From positions 1,608,263-1,672,262 of the forward strand of contig BDGG01000001.1 in the NCBI GenBank assembly GCA_001949185.1: a stretch of DNA of 64,000 nucleotides. The letters run 5' to 3'. Source of the DNA: Ramazzottius varieornatus. Its lineage: Eukaryota; Animalia; Tardigrada. The stretch's first letter is position 1; every line of letters starts with the position of its first letter. The notes below the pieces were generated by a model, which was not told the DNA's origin, searched no databases, and was given only the letters and a program-made list of their open reading frames with translations. Positions 24,633 to 43,618 of this stretch are shown here, piece after piece. Both the position numbers and the translations under genes were made by a program.

Positions 24633-27600
24633 ATGGAAAGTGGAAGATGGTGTTCTTGGATTTGCCCGCCACCGTCAGTGATCCGGCCTGTGGTTGTCCC
24701 ATACCCATTCTTCTGCTTCTGGGCCAACGATCAGCGCTCTCCCTTCGTGACGTCTGCCGTGCCTTCTGGCTGGATGGGTACTATATTGAGCGGCACTTCC
24801 GCCAATTATGCTCCACGCTCCAGCTGCCAGTCTGCCTTCTCGCCTGTCCCCCAACCAGAGCGCTCCACTTCCCAAGATAAGAACGATGCGCCCTCCCATC
24901 ACGACAGCGGCTTCTTCGACGATTCCATCGCCAGTTCGACTTCCTCTCCGGACAAACTTCCTGAGTTCTCTTACCTACTGCAACGAGCTACTGTCAGCGC
25001 GGCCCTGAAGACCGGAAGTCCAGAAGATGCTCGGAAGACTGGCCTGTTTCCGCTGAGCGGAAGTCAACCTTTCACTGTCTTTTCCTTCGGCGACGGCGGA
25101 TCAAAAGTAGCTCGGTCGGATGGAATCTCCCTTGCAGTCGCCCACGGTCAGTACGAAGCTCCGACGAAGAAGATGGGACGACCACCGAAACACGTAAGAA
25201 GTACCAGAAGTACTGCATTGATCTCTAGAAAACAAATTTCCTGATTACGTGAGCGAGGCGGAAATGGGCTTTGGTCCTACTGACGTTTGGCTTAGTAGGT
25301 GCGTTAGGAACCAACTAGAGTCCTACTGGGACTGAATAGTGGATTTGTGTATGGTACGGGTAGAAGGAAACACCTGTTGTTTAAGGTCGTGCTGGATTTC
25401 TTGAGCTGACAGGTTCGCTGCAGGAAGCCCTTGTTAGAAACGCATCTACTATTTCGCTACATGTTTATTGGAAGTAGGTCTTGGAAGGAGCCACAAAAGA
25501 ATGTTTCCGTCAACAAGTATCGTTTGAGTTTACAATGGGCGACGTTGTAGTTGTCATAAACACCTGTAAAGCAAAGACGAACCGCAGATGTTTTTTTATC
25601 GCAGACGATTTTCCAATTGGATACGACAACGCCTTTCCGAAGAATGCATGTATCTTTTGTCCTTTCAGATAGCTCCATAAAGGCATTGGATTCGATTAGC
25701 GGAGGCTCGTAAATCAAACTGGTCAAGAAAGGCGCGAAGCGTGCCATGTTGCATAGCAGGTGATGAATTTATGATGGGGCATGACACTTTTGACATCTTC
25801 TTCGCCTTTTCGCGCTTCATCACCCTGACTCACGACTTCAATAACGTTTTCGTCATTCAAGGCATACACAAGGAAGAAACTCAAGGGAAAGGATCAGTGG
25901 AAGCAACAAGCGTCTGAATCAAACATGTTTAAACCACCTAAAGCAACTTCTGCTCGAAGATGCTTAAGAGCGATCGCGCATCAAACGTTCTCCGACGTGC
26001 TGCCTACACAAATTATAAAGCAGTAGAACAGGAGGAAGAAACTCGAGCGAAAGGGGCGGTATGGCAATGAGCGTTCAAGCTACCTTACCTAAAGCAACTT
26101 GTTCAAACGCGCTTAAGAGCGATTGCGCTCTGGAATCCTCCCACGTCGAGATTCATGCAGTACTAGGACTGAATAGTGGATATATAATATATACTAATAT
26201 ATACGGAGCCTTTCAGTACTCCCGCTGTTGAGCTTTTAGAAAATGATATGGACGAGGTTGTGAGTAGTTTTACGACAAAAGCTTGTCAAGTAGATGGAGA
26301 GCGGGAACAAGAACCCATCTGAGTTTGTGAACCTACCCCGATGAACCGAAACATGACTGCAATGGTCAGCTGGTTTGAGTGCGCCTTGTTATTTTAATTG
26401 CTCATTAGTCGAAGTCAGCTGGTCGATGAGGTAACGCGTCCTGCCCAAATCAGTACTGAAGTCACCACGGTAACATTTTTTCTGATGTGGTGCTCGCATT
26501 CCCTCTGTTTACCGAAGCAATCAGCCATAGCAATTTCTTCTGCCGGCGTGCCTTTGTCTTTCGAAGGAATGTTTTGAACTCTAAATTCCATCCTAACCTT
26601 CTCATTTCGAACCTCAACTTGTTGCTTCCATCACTACAGGCTGCTGCTGCTGCAGTGACGTCAAATAAGCTTCGTCCGCTGCTGTCCAAAGCCACATCGA
26701 CCACATCTTCCGCCATGTCAGACGCCAGTTGGTCCTGTTCGCCTGAGCCAGCGTCCCCTTCGGACAACCACTTCATCCCGCTGTTTGGTTGTACGTCGGC
26801 CGGCGAATCGTCCCACGAGTTTCCTTCCCAGTTGGACACGGTCAAGGAGGAAGTGGTGGTTACGTCAGAATGCATCATTCCTTTCTCCACCAAGCCGCTG
26901 ACGTCCGAGTTCTCCAAAGTCTACACGTCCTTCGTACCACCCAAGCCAGTCCATCCACCACCACAGGTGAACCTTCTGTCGCCATCCTCTCAGTTACCTG
27001 TACCAGAGAAGAGGAAAGCGGGAGAAGTTTCGCCCAGTCGAAAGAAGCGTAAGCTGAGCGCAGTGACGTCAGGCGGAAGTGCGGTAAATGGCGAGCCGAA
27101 GGGTGCTAGTGAAGCAAAGCGTAATTGTGGTGAGCCGAAGTGGGCAAACACTGAACGGAAGTCTTACCGCTCAACCAGTGTCTGCGATATCTGCGGGAGG
27201 GAATTCAGATATCCGAGAAGCCTCCTAACTCATCAGCTGGTCCACCAAGATATCCGTCCGCACAAGTGTCCTTACCCGCAGTGTGACAAGTCCTTCCGGC
27301 AGACTGGGCATCTGCAAACACACCTGTTGATCCATACTGGCGACAAACCGTTCAAATGCCCCGTCCAAGGTACACAGACCTGTTATTCACCTTTTGTTCA
27401 GATCTTTGACCTAGGTTAAAAACAGAATAAGGAACTGACTGAATTTTCGAAGATTAAGTTGGTTACTTGGCGAACAAGTTTAACAGGATTGCTTTTCCAG
27501 GTGGCGCACGCTCCCAGCCTGCTATGCCGTGATCGTGCGCCACTGTGGAAGACAGTCTTGTTGGTTTTGGCTGCTGACCATCCAGTTATTCGGCAATCGA

Positions 27601-27959
27601 ACACGTGTGCTTTCGGTTCAGCGAACCTACTTCCGGTTCTGCTTGTAGGTTGTCCAACGCAGCCTTTCCGCCACGCCAATCGTCGCTGTCCGCTGCATAA
27701 CGGCTGTCGACTGGTCAAGCTCGGCGGGAACGGTGAAACGAAGCCTCTCGACTTGTCGTCGCATCCTTTGGTCTTCGAAGGAGCGGCCCAGCTAGCTCAA
27801 CCTGGGTCTCCGAAGAAGTCCGTGCCGACGCACAGCCCGCAACGAGGGTTTTTGGAGAACGGTAAGCAGCGGCAAGAAGATGTGGCTATGGCCATGGCCT
27901 TGATCCAGTTCGCCAACGGCCCCGTCCCGCAGTCGCAGTCTCCGGCTGGAATGAAGTGA
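24633..27959 (+). CDS. ZNF367: ZNF367-like C2H2 zinc-finger transcription factor
   Basis: Exons ~24633-25193, 26640-27369 and 27649-27959. Two C2H2 fingers, then CPVQGCPTQPFRHANRRCPLH (cf. ZNF367 C...GC..RFTHANRHCPKH) and C-terminal AMALIQFAN (cf. ALALIELAN). Exon 1 linkage is inferred from phase. Confidence 0.8.
27468..27578. repeat. Palindromic dispersed element, ZNF367 intron
   Basis: CAGGTGGCGCAC-N25-GTGCGCCACTG. Confidence 0.85.
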
Positions 27960-28877
27960 AAATTTGAAGGGAGGACAGGAAGGTTCCTGGAAGAAAGACT
28001 GTTTTCTTGAGTTCTTCCCGATGAAAAGCTTTTACTTTTGTTGTCCTGTGTTAAGAGACTGTATGTTCCGAGCCGTGTCAAAATTTCACGAGGGAATTGT
28101 GTCTTTTTGTAAGGAATTTTATTCCGTGGTCGAGGGTATTCTTCCGTTCATTGAGCGTCGGTTTATTCTATTACGGAAATGTTATCGTAGCGTTTTGTAC
28201 CTACTTCTTAGGTTTTTACGTATGTTATCTATTTTATCGTCGTTGTGTTTCCTATGAAGATGTATCTATGAAGATGCTTTTGGCGTATCTCTTCGAATTG
28301 GGGGCAGCTCAAATAAAATACGGGACACATTATTTTGGTCCTTCGTCGCTCTTTCAGCCTAAGCCACTAAGAAAATTCCCTACGTGTAGCCATTTGAGTT
28401 GCTCCTACCGACGGTTGCCGGGCATGAGAGCTAAGCAGTCCAAGAGAGCTCCTCTTCCTTCTCCCAATACCTTCGAGCTACAGTACGAAAATTAGAAACC
28501 TTGCTCCGGAAAAAAAATTGGAGTTTGCCCTTAAACGTCCTTGTGCTCGAAATGCCTGCTTCGTCAGAACGCAATTCGAACCTTCCATCGCATTTGCTCG
28601 CATCGGGTCACAGCTGTTGAGTTCCTGAGGACCTCGACCGAGCTTCCAAAAGTCTCCGTTTTGCCATGGTTTGTTCTACTGTGTACCTCACACACTGCTT
28701 TTGCGTGCAAAGTCCTGCGTAGTTATTACTAGTAATTTTGCAAGAGCGTGAAACGCAAAACAACATCCTTGTCCTCGAGAAGTACTGACAGACGTCCTTC
28801 GCTGAAGCGCTACCTGGAAAAGCAACTGAAGTTTCTGTCCATTGGTTCGCGCTAACTTGTCATTGGTGGAGAGAGGA

Positions 28878-31800
28878 ATGAGTGCCGTGGTGCCGCGCCA
28901 TGACTCCATGCTGGACCGAGCCTCCATCAGTCTGCAAGCCACTAGACACCTGCTCGGAGCTTTCTCACCGGCCTACATCGGCCAACTCTCGGACAAATTT
29001 GCGGACCAGGAACTCCTCGAAGCCATCCGCACTTTGCCGCGGCACATCGATCTCCATCCGGCTTACGTCGCCATTGAGGAAGTACGCAGTCGTCTTCTCC
29101 GAAAGTCCCCCCAAGTGATTTTGACTACAATTACTGTCTTGTGTTATTCAGGGATTTTACCAACGGCACATCACAGCCGCCCAAGCTATCGAGCTTCAGC
29201 GAAAAATTTCGCGGTTCTCCGAGACGTACGAGCAAAAGATGAAGATGTTGGAGCAGATTCGCGAAGTGTACGGCATACAGTGTCAGCATTACAACAGTCG
29301 GTTCGATGAAGAACACGTCAAAGAGGCTCAAGAGCTGCCTGAACGCGCAGAAAAGGACGAAGCGGTAATTCGCGGTGATCTCCAGCGCTACATCAGCAAC
29401 TTGGACTATGTCCAGAACAAGTACCGAGTCCTGGCTGAGGAACGCGACATGTACGGTACGATCAATAACGTCACCTCACTCCCTTGTCTCAGCCTATCAT
29501 GGATCCTCCAGTGACAACTGCACTTTGAAAAATCTGTTTATGATCTGGTTTAGACTGGAGAGCACACGGGTAGCTCTGCAGGACAAGTTGGAAGAAGTTT
29601 CGAAGCTACCCAAGGAGATTCGAAAGAAAGCCGAAATTGTTCGGCTTCAGTTGGAACATTTGGAAAGTGCAATAACTGTACACCTGGACAAGCTGCGGAG
29701 GGTTGGCCAGCATGTGGAGAACAGCCGGGATCTGGAAGTGAGAATGAAGCGGCAGATTGAAGACACTCGAGAAGATGTCAAGAAGCACAAGGCGAAGATT
29801 GAAGAGAACAAGGAAGTGTCCATGCAACACAAAGGCGCCAGCGCGCTTCTCAATGTTGCCATCACGTAGGTGCAGTCTTTACTGTGGGACACTGTGATGA
29901 TCCTCGAAATGAGAAAGGAAGACGATCATTCTGTTAATTTTTCTGTTTCTCCAGAGCAGAGCATACAAATCTGCTCGAACAACGGAAGGTTGTGGAACAA
30001 CTGGTCGCGAAAGCCGTGGCGATTGGGGTTGCCATTGAGAAGAGCGAAAGAGAGGCCGCTGCGGCCTTGACAGCTCGAGATCGCCTACGAGAAACGCTGG
30101 ACTATCAACAGGAAAGAACGGATGAGCTCGAAAGAAAAGCTCGAGTTGTCAGGATGAGATATCAAGCTGCCAAGAACGAAAAGTAAGGGCAAGTTGGTCG
30201 CTGAGAGCTGAAGGGATTCCGCAGATTGCCCAGTTGCTTGTATGGGCTTTCTTTGATGGAATTTAAGCCCCTTGCGGGCAGCCCTCGAAACATCAGGCTT
30301 TTCGAAAACACAGCGCGGAAATCCAGCGCAAGTCCCGAAGGCCGTCCCATGTTAGTCTAGTGGTGTTTAGGGGTTAGCACACACGCAAAGCAGTGCGCTA
30401 CTACGTGGTTAACCCCGACGGGCACTGGCTGTCAATAGTATTAATACAACCAGCCAGGCCACAAAAACTTGAAAAAAAAGAATCCCTTTCTTCATAGTCT
30501 TCTCTGGAATTTAAAATTACCCTTTCGACTCCTCCGTCCGAACGACGCATAAAATCCGGGTGTTCCCCTCCACTAGATTAAGTGATGGAGTTCGCCGGAG
30601 CAATCTTTGTCACTAAAAACCACGACAGACGTTTTCTTCGATGAGCTTCTTCTTTTAACGGAAGTTTAAATTTAGACGAGGTATTTCTATGTCCTGCATG
30701 GTCCGTAAACGAGGTAGAACGTAATTCGGGCATAGCGATTTTCGCATCATAGTTCAGACATTTGTTTTTTGAGCTCCTGCTGCATGTAATCACATGCTTA
30801 TTGTTTCCAGAGGTAGATCAGTCTTTCTCTTCAAGGTCCGAACGGATTTGGGGACGATGAAATGTTGTAGGTCAGAAGAATCTGTCGTGAGGAAAGAGGG
30901 GTCTGCCCAATGTAAAAAAAGCCTGAAGTTGTACCAACAAGTGTACGATGAGAAATCAATCAAGCGTTGATAATGAAGCTCAAACTTTTCGCATTGGCCC
31001 AATTATGGTGCAAAAATCGGTATGCCCGAATTATATCCTGTACCTCGTACGTGAAAAACCTGTTGCTTTTCCTTTGCAGGGCAGGGGGTTACCTTTTACT
31101 CTTTCAATCCATCACACGGCTACGCCAAGGAAAGCATGAGAAGATTAGGTTCCTCCGAGACAAGGACATATTGACCATGCGGACGTTCAAGCTTGAGCTG
31201 GACATTGGGCGGCAGAAGGACTTCAACCGGAGGACGAAAGCTAACGTGGAAGAGTTGATAGATAAGGTAGCCAGCGGCCCGAGATGAACATCAAGAATCG
31301 ACGTCTGAAATTCCAGAGTTTAATGGGCGTTTACATTTGGCAGGTAGCGCAATACGAAGAAGAGGCCCTGACCCTAAAGCAAGTCATTGGGCTAATCGCC
31401 AGGAAGGTGACCCTGTACAGCATTTGTACTCGTCAAGGGAACCGCGAAGCTAGGGCTCTTCTCAAGGAGGAACAAACGCAGATGGAACAGCTGCGAGCTG
31501 TAGGGCAGGAAGCCACGGAAAGATGGCGGGAGACCAAAAAACGCAACAAAGAGATGTTGACTAGCGTAAGAGCCAGAGATGCAGTACTTTTGTAAAAGCC
31601 ATGTGTGTGTACTAAACGTGTCGGGGTCTTGATAGGAAGAGCATCTGCGAAACATTTGTAAACATCTCAACGAGGTGCGCCATGATATCCAGTTATTGAC
31701 TCTAGCAGGAGAGCAACTTGACTTGGGTATTCATAACCTCCAGCACCAACTGGCGCGTCGATTGGCTGTTGTGGCTGAACTGCGAAAGGAATTCATGGCG

Positions 31801-33373
31801 GTTGAGTCTGGCAAGCAAGACGACCTGGAGAACGTCAACGTGGTGCGCGGCATCCTTCAAGAACACCGCGACCGGATGGCCTTTATGCAGAAAGAATGGC
31901 GTGACCTCTCTGCTGACTATGCCAAAATCCTAAAGTATGTACTGAACCGAAAGCAGGCCCACTTACTCCAGGAAAGCATTCCCTGAACGAATCTGATCTC
32001 TTCTAGACAATTTTAATTTTATTTTGTAGGCAACACGCAGCTTTTACCGTTGCAATACCGAGAGCCTATCAAGAGAACCATCGACTACAAGTCTGCGTTC
32101 TGGAAGCGCGAACGAAGCATGGGGAAGCGGAAGCCAAACTCGATCGGGCGGTGATCCTGGTTCACAGGTGAGCCGATTTCGTCTCATGTTCGAGTAGAGT
32201 TAATAACTTGTGGACATGGACAAAGTTTTTGACATGGATATCTAATAACCGATGGTGCCTTTTCGTTAGGCTGCAACAGGACTTTGAAATTTCAATGATC
32301 AAATGCGAGAACCTTTTGGAATACTGCGGTACAGTTTCGGAACGGCGCATTGTGGACGTCGCTGCATATGTGGACAGTACTTTGGAATTTATGCTTCGAT
32401 CAGGCGAAATAAGCATAATCAGTGAGTTCCTGTGAAGCTGTGTATATTTTCGGAGACAGTAGAGAGATGTACAGTTGAGCATGACTGCTACACTTCCTTG
32501 TAGCCAAACACATGGTGAACCTGGAAAACCAGCACCGCGAAATTGATCGGTACATCGAGTGGCTGCAGAAGGTTGTCGTACTCGACGTGAAGTTACTGTA
32601 CAGGGAGATGCGGTGGGAAAAACTTTGCCGTTATTACGAAAGGATCCACGCCGAACTACAGCGAAGAGTAACTTGCCTGAACTCGCTCGCTCGCTCTTTT
32701 ATTATTGTATCAAGTTCAAGACTCCATTACTCTTTATTGATTTCCACAGGTTATCGATATGGTACGCCGAAGGAACTTACTCTTTCTAGCGGCGAAGAAA
32801 GCTCGCGATTGTGGCGTGCACGTCCCTTCAATGAAGCCGGAAGAACAGAAGGCAGTACTGGAAGGAAAATCACATCGTGTAGGTGCTTGATCTTTCCAAC
32901 TGGAAAATGGTGGTTTCAAGCATAGTCTTTCGGCAGCTGCAAGTACTGCATATGAAAATGGATCGAAGATTCTTCATGCTGAGCGTGCATTATCGCTTAG
33001 TCGAAGAGGTGACCAAGGAAATGGGGCGGCACATGGGCGAGGAAAGATGCAGGACTGCTGGGGATCAGACTGTCGTGATGAAAACGCGTACAAAATTGCA
33101 GAAGGCCAAGTCGCAGAACAAATTAGCCATGGTTGATGTGGGTGCCGCTATCCAAAGGTTCGTGGCGTCGGTTTTCCGCAATCACACTTCCAGTCAAAAC
33201 TAAAGACCCTTTTCCGAAGAGAATACATTGGCTACACGCAGTGTTCTTACGGTTGCAGGTTAAAACCTGAGCTGTTGCTTTCTGGCGACCTGAAAGAACT
33301 GCGAGCAAAGTCGGCTGATCGATGTCGTGCTATCACTTACCGCGTCTCCATGGATGGCTCTGGTGACTGTTGA
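28878..33373 (+). CDS. Long multi-exon coiled-coil protein, possibly CCDC146-like
   Basis: More than 10 heptad-rich exons. N-terminal LHPAYVAIEE|GFYQRHITAAQAIELQRKISRFSE recalls the CCDC146 N-terminus. 3' end approximate. Confidence 0.6.
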
Positions 33374-33590
33374 ATGCGGTTTTCCTGGCGGCGCACTGAT
33401 AAGTGGGGTCTTTGTATCGCGCTTTTTAGTTTTACTGCCATGTTCTGAACCTTCACTGAATATTGGTTTTGTCGAATGGACATTCTGAATATTGTTTTTT
33501 TGGTCCAGGCCAGTCTTCTCTGGTTCGAGTTATGCATCGTGAATTTCGAAGCGTTTTATACATTTCCGCATAGTCCATTGTCATGGTCTT

Positions 33591-34834
33591 TCACATCGCC
33601 AACATAATAAAACTTGAAATAAATGTCGTAAAACCTATAACCGCAGGGTTTACTACCCGACCACTCCCATCGCCTCTAAGCACGAAGTCAACTCCCGGCA
33701 GACTTCCGTACATGTTTGTTCGGAGGGTTGCGCCGTTACACAAGTCACCTTCGCAGCAGTGTACGTTGCAAGACATAGCCAGTTGGGGCCTTCCTGTCGT
33801 ATAAGGATCATTGTTTGGAGGGACGACCTGGGGTACGTGGGTTCGTTGAACGCATAGCGGGGAAGTACCGGAGGCCCCCGTCAGACTGGTCATCACAGAT
33901 GGACATGTTCGAGGGGCCGTGTGGGTTACTCTTACAGTTCCTGCAATCAGATTCGCGGGTACGTAACTCAGGCGGTCATAGGCCAGAAGACAACCCGCTC
34001 TCAAAGATGGATAGACAGGAAAACTGGTTCCGGTGGGTGTATTGTCGAGGCTAAAGGCGTAAATGGGCTGCGGCGGCTCGTATGGTGGAGTATCGCCACT
34101 CGCAGGGACGGTTCGCCGATGATAACCGTGCTCAAATATCCACTAATGAAAACCAGGAAACACCATGTAAAAGCTGTTACCGTACCCGATTTTTAGCCAG
34201 GTTTACACTGCTCGAAATGACCGACGGACCGTCACAGGAAAATCATCGGTGCTGCAACATACCGCGCAGGGTCCTGGACAGCAGACTTGGGTGGCCGCAC
34301 TTTGCAGTTGGCGCATCAGGTTGGTCAGACAGTCCTCATTTGATCCCGCTCTGAAGAAGCAGGGGGAGGCCTGCTCTGCCGTTTTGTAGCATTTTGTCTA
34401 CCGGCCGCAAAACTTGTGCTAATTCACCAAGATAATTGACAAACTAACCACACAGGCTTACATAGGTCCTTGTACTTGGGTCTGGTTGCACTCCTGGGTA
34501 CGGAGGTACTTGCGGTGGACCGTACGAGGGGCACCGCCCATCAGCAGGCATCGAAACTTCTCCTGTCGTTATCGTTTAACAATATTTCCGCCAGATAACA
34601 AAGGTTTCGAAGCTGGAATATGTTGTACTCGTGTGGAAATCTTTCTAGTTCTCACCTCCAGTTTCATCCCATATTGTATTGGGAGAGGGCCAGGAAGCCT
34701 CTTGAGCCCCCACCGCAGTACAGACGCACCAGCCGAGACCTTAAAAGTGGTAGGAATATAATGAATTCTCAGTTCAAAACGGCAAGAATCCGTGGAAGTT
34801 ACTCACACAGGTAAAGTAACAAAGTCGAATCCAT
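33591..34834 (-). CDS. Secreted GPI-anchored Ly6/uPAR (three-finger)-like protein
   Basis: Five phase-compatible exons: signal peptide MDSTLLLYLCLGWCVCTAVGA, then TKCYK...C...CCPGPCA, RAGC, HCCEGDLCN and a hydrophobic C-terminus (AVIGFTTFISSFIMLAM*). Confidence 0.8.
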
Positions 34835-35223
34835 GGCTTGATTCCGTATGATATGGATAAATCTGGAAAAACCTAAAGTGACGGTACGGATTTCCCTGCT
34901 GAGGTAAAACAAATTGGTCCACAACGTCGCAAATCCAGGTTTTGTAGCTAGAAAATATAATGTACAATTCTTGTTGTTCCGCAGGCCGCACGCCCAGCGT
35001 CAACAAGCAGCAGCGTAGAATAAACGAAAATATGGCTACAGGAAACCAACTTTAACAATAAACACCACTCACAGTCAATAGTGAGACTCTCCCATCATAT
35101 CCAACTTTGCAAAATAGGAACTCGGGGAGAGAGAGTTGATCGAGACGAAAGACGGACGCGTTGGACAATCATTTGAGAATGTTTCCGCTTATTACGACAC
35201 AGTTCGCCATAACGCGAGTCATT

Positions 35224-35963
35224 TCAAATATAATATACACAATGAAGCATGTTCCTCTTGTATCTTTCTTCAAAGTCACTGACGATATCGCTCACCTGAA
35301 AAAGTCGAATCAGGAACAGTCAGGTTTGAAAGTTCAAACAGAGAGCAAGGTCGCAGGTTCCCCAATTCATGCCGCCCATGACATCACCACAACATGACGT
35401 CAGGCGTGACTAATTACGGTATGACATGATATTCTTACCATGTCGTCCAGGTGTTCCGCTTCCTCCTCAAACTTCTGACAAAGTTCGCAGATGATGAAAG
35501 CAGCGACGGTGGCTTCTTCATGATTATCTTGAATGTCCATATTGATCACATGCGTGGGTTGGTAGCCAGAGTTTCCTTCCGCGAGATGCTCGATGACTTG
35601 GTCAAAGACGCGTTCTTCACAGCAGATGATCACATCGAAGTATTCCCTGGCGTCTTGAAAACGTTCCGGATTCCGCTTGATCTTCCTGTTGCGGTCTAGC
35701 ATGTTGAGGAGTCCATTGTTTGTATACAGGTGATGGTCTTGATTGCTCAGCTGGTGGTACATGTCCTCGTAGCTGACGTCGAAGGGAAAGATGTTTGGTC
35801 GGTCGATGGAGACACCGGGTAATTTCACGCAGTTACCTGAACCGAAGGAACGGACGTTGAAGCCGCGCTTGTGGAGAAAGTTGTGCGCCTCCATCGAGCG
35901 ATTCTGGTTTGACGAGCAGACTACCGCGAACTTGAGCCGTGACTTCTTCCCGACGATACTCAT
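35224..35963 (-). CDS. SSU72: RNA polymerase II CTD phosphatase SSU72
   Basis: VVCSSNQNRSMEAH catalytic motif and NMDIQDNHEEA. Second exon 35295-35224 ends MLHCVYYI*. Confidence 0.98.
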
Positions 35964-36279
35964 GGCTGGTCCGGAATATTCTTTGCCCGCCTGTCGATTT
36001 TGTCCTCCAGGCTGCTCCTACGGTCGTGTCCTTCCCGCACTTTCCCGTCACTTCCTTCCACCCAGCACTGGGCTTCTTGGCTCCGTACTTCTCCTCGAAA
36101 GATCGGAACCTGCAAACCAGAAATCGGGGTTTGATTCGGAAGAAAAGCCTCGAAAGGTGAAAATGAAATGAAACAGGTTGTCTCAGACTCTCAGAATGAC
36201 GATAGTCTTGTGGCCTCATGGGTGTCACAAGAAATCAGATTATAAGATGTGTGTGAATTTAACGCAGTAGGTGGTTCGG

Positions 36280-36316
36280 CCACGTGGTGTTGGTTTCTAA
36301 TCCAACCGCCACGTGG
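36280..36316. promoter_or_regulatory. Paired CCACGTGG boxes in the SSU72/GFAT divergent promoter
   Basis: CCACGTGG at 36280-87 and 36309-16, forming the ends of an inverted repeat. Confidence 0.4.
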
Positions 36317-36827
36317 TACCATGTTACCGATGCTTGACACACCTTCCACTTGAACTGGGCCAATCAAGGCTTGCAGGCATCACGGTGAAATTTTGATTGC
36401 GTCAGCTGATTTTGGCTCCACATCACCCGGGGGTACGTGGCACTATTTTCATGCCAACATGCGCTAAAAAGCGCGTTTCTTGTTGTCTTCTCCTCAGTTT
36501 GTCTCTTTGACTTCTTTGCAGAAGCATCGTCGAGTTGTGTATCTGGGCCATCACGTTGCTCCATCAGCTTCCGTTGGACCTGCAGACTATCGAGCGGAAA
36601 GATCGGACGTGTGGTTTTTTTCTGGAGGATCATCGAAAGCCGTGCCAGGTGAGTTGCGTCGTTCCACCCAAGTGGCTTGCTGTGTATGCAGTGTTTTACA
36701 GGGGGCCTGAATATTCCACGGCGGCTTCACCTCATTGTCCTGACTGCTTTCTGGACCTACTCACCTCGGTCACCTGTTCCTGACAGGGAAGACGTTAGAA
36801 AGGCCAGCGAACGTAGAAGCAACGAAA

Positions 36828-42560
<5,733 letters not shown>

Positions 42561-43618
42561 GCTGCCTGGCTGAAAGAGCCCTTGAAGGTATTAGCGTCGT
42601 GTAAGGCCTGATTATATTAGCAAACAAGCCGGCGACGTTTTCCCGTCACACATTGTGCAGTCTCTTCTTCCCCCGCTGAATCGATTTCTGGAATGAGGAA
42701 ATGGGGATAGTGGGTTGACTGATGATGTTGGCGCTACTTGTATCCAATTATAATCTCTTTGCTCAGCTTTCCCCTTTCTTCAGCAACAAATCTTACCCGG
42801 CTTTCACAGAAAGAGAGATTTTCCAGCTTGCAAAAATGGACCAATATTTACGTGTTGAATTTTCCTCTGAGCTTTATTCTTCTCCGATTGCTTCATGTAA
42901 CGCCTTTTCTTCGCTGTACTCTTCTCTCCTTCACTCTTCTACCCGTGTGAAAGCATGATACTTGATACAGTTTTAATAATACTCGGTATTGAGAGCAAAG
43001 ACCTAGATTTGTTTTTCTTGTGGGTTCTTTCTTTTCCGTCGAAGATGCATGTCCAAATTTATGCTTTCTACTTTTTTATTCGGTTCCAGATTTTATCCTA
43101 TCGCTCTGTAGCTCCTTCATCCTTCTTCAGGGAGCGAAGTTGATCAACGCATGGAGTTTTATTTTGTATTCAGAAATGAATACTGAATATACGTTTGTCA
43201 ACACAGAAAAAATGCAGCAAAAAATACGGAGTAGAAATAAAAAAAATTACGAAGAGAGAAGAGATATTGATAGTAGATTTTGGGTCGACGACGACGACTG
43301 AGCTTCGTTCGCAAGAGAAGAGAAACACGGATGTAAAGTAAACTTATTTCGCATCATATCTTTGGATTGTGTGCAGGAACTATTGGCAAACTTGGGGGAA
43401 CGAAATGCAGGTCGTTCGTTACACAAATAGACGAACAAGATATCGGAAACACGAGAAAAAACACGGACTGAGCCTGATAGAATTGAAGAACGAACAAGTT
43501 TTACGGTTGAGACAGAAAATTTAAAAGGTGGAAAACTATACAAAATAAAACGCTTCATCGTAATTCTTATTTGGCTTCTTTGTATTCTTTCCGTATCACC
43601 CAACTGAAAAGTTCCTCT

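Noticed and set aside
30354-30580. Weak inverted repeats (TCTAGTGG/CCACTAGA, GGGGTTA/TAACCCC) in an intron
   Set aside because: Too short and degenerate to define an element or TSD.
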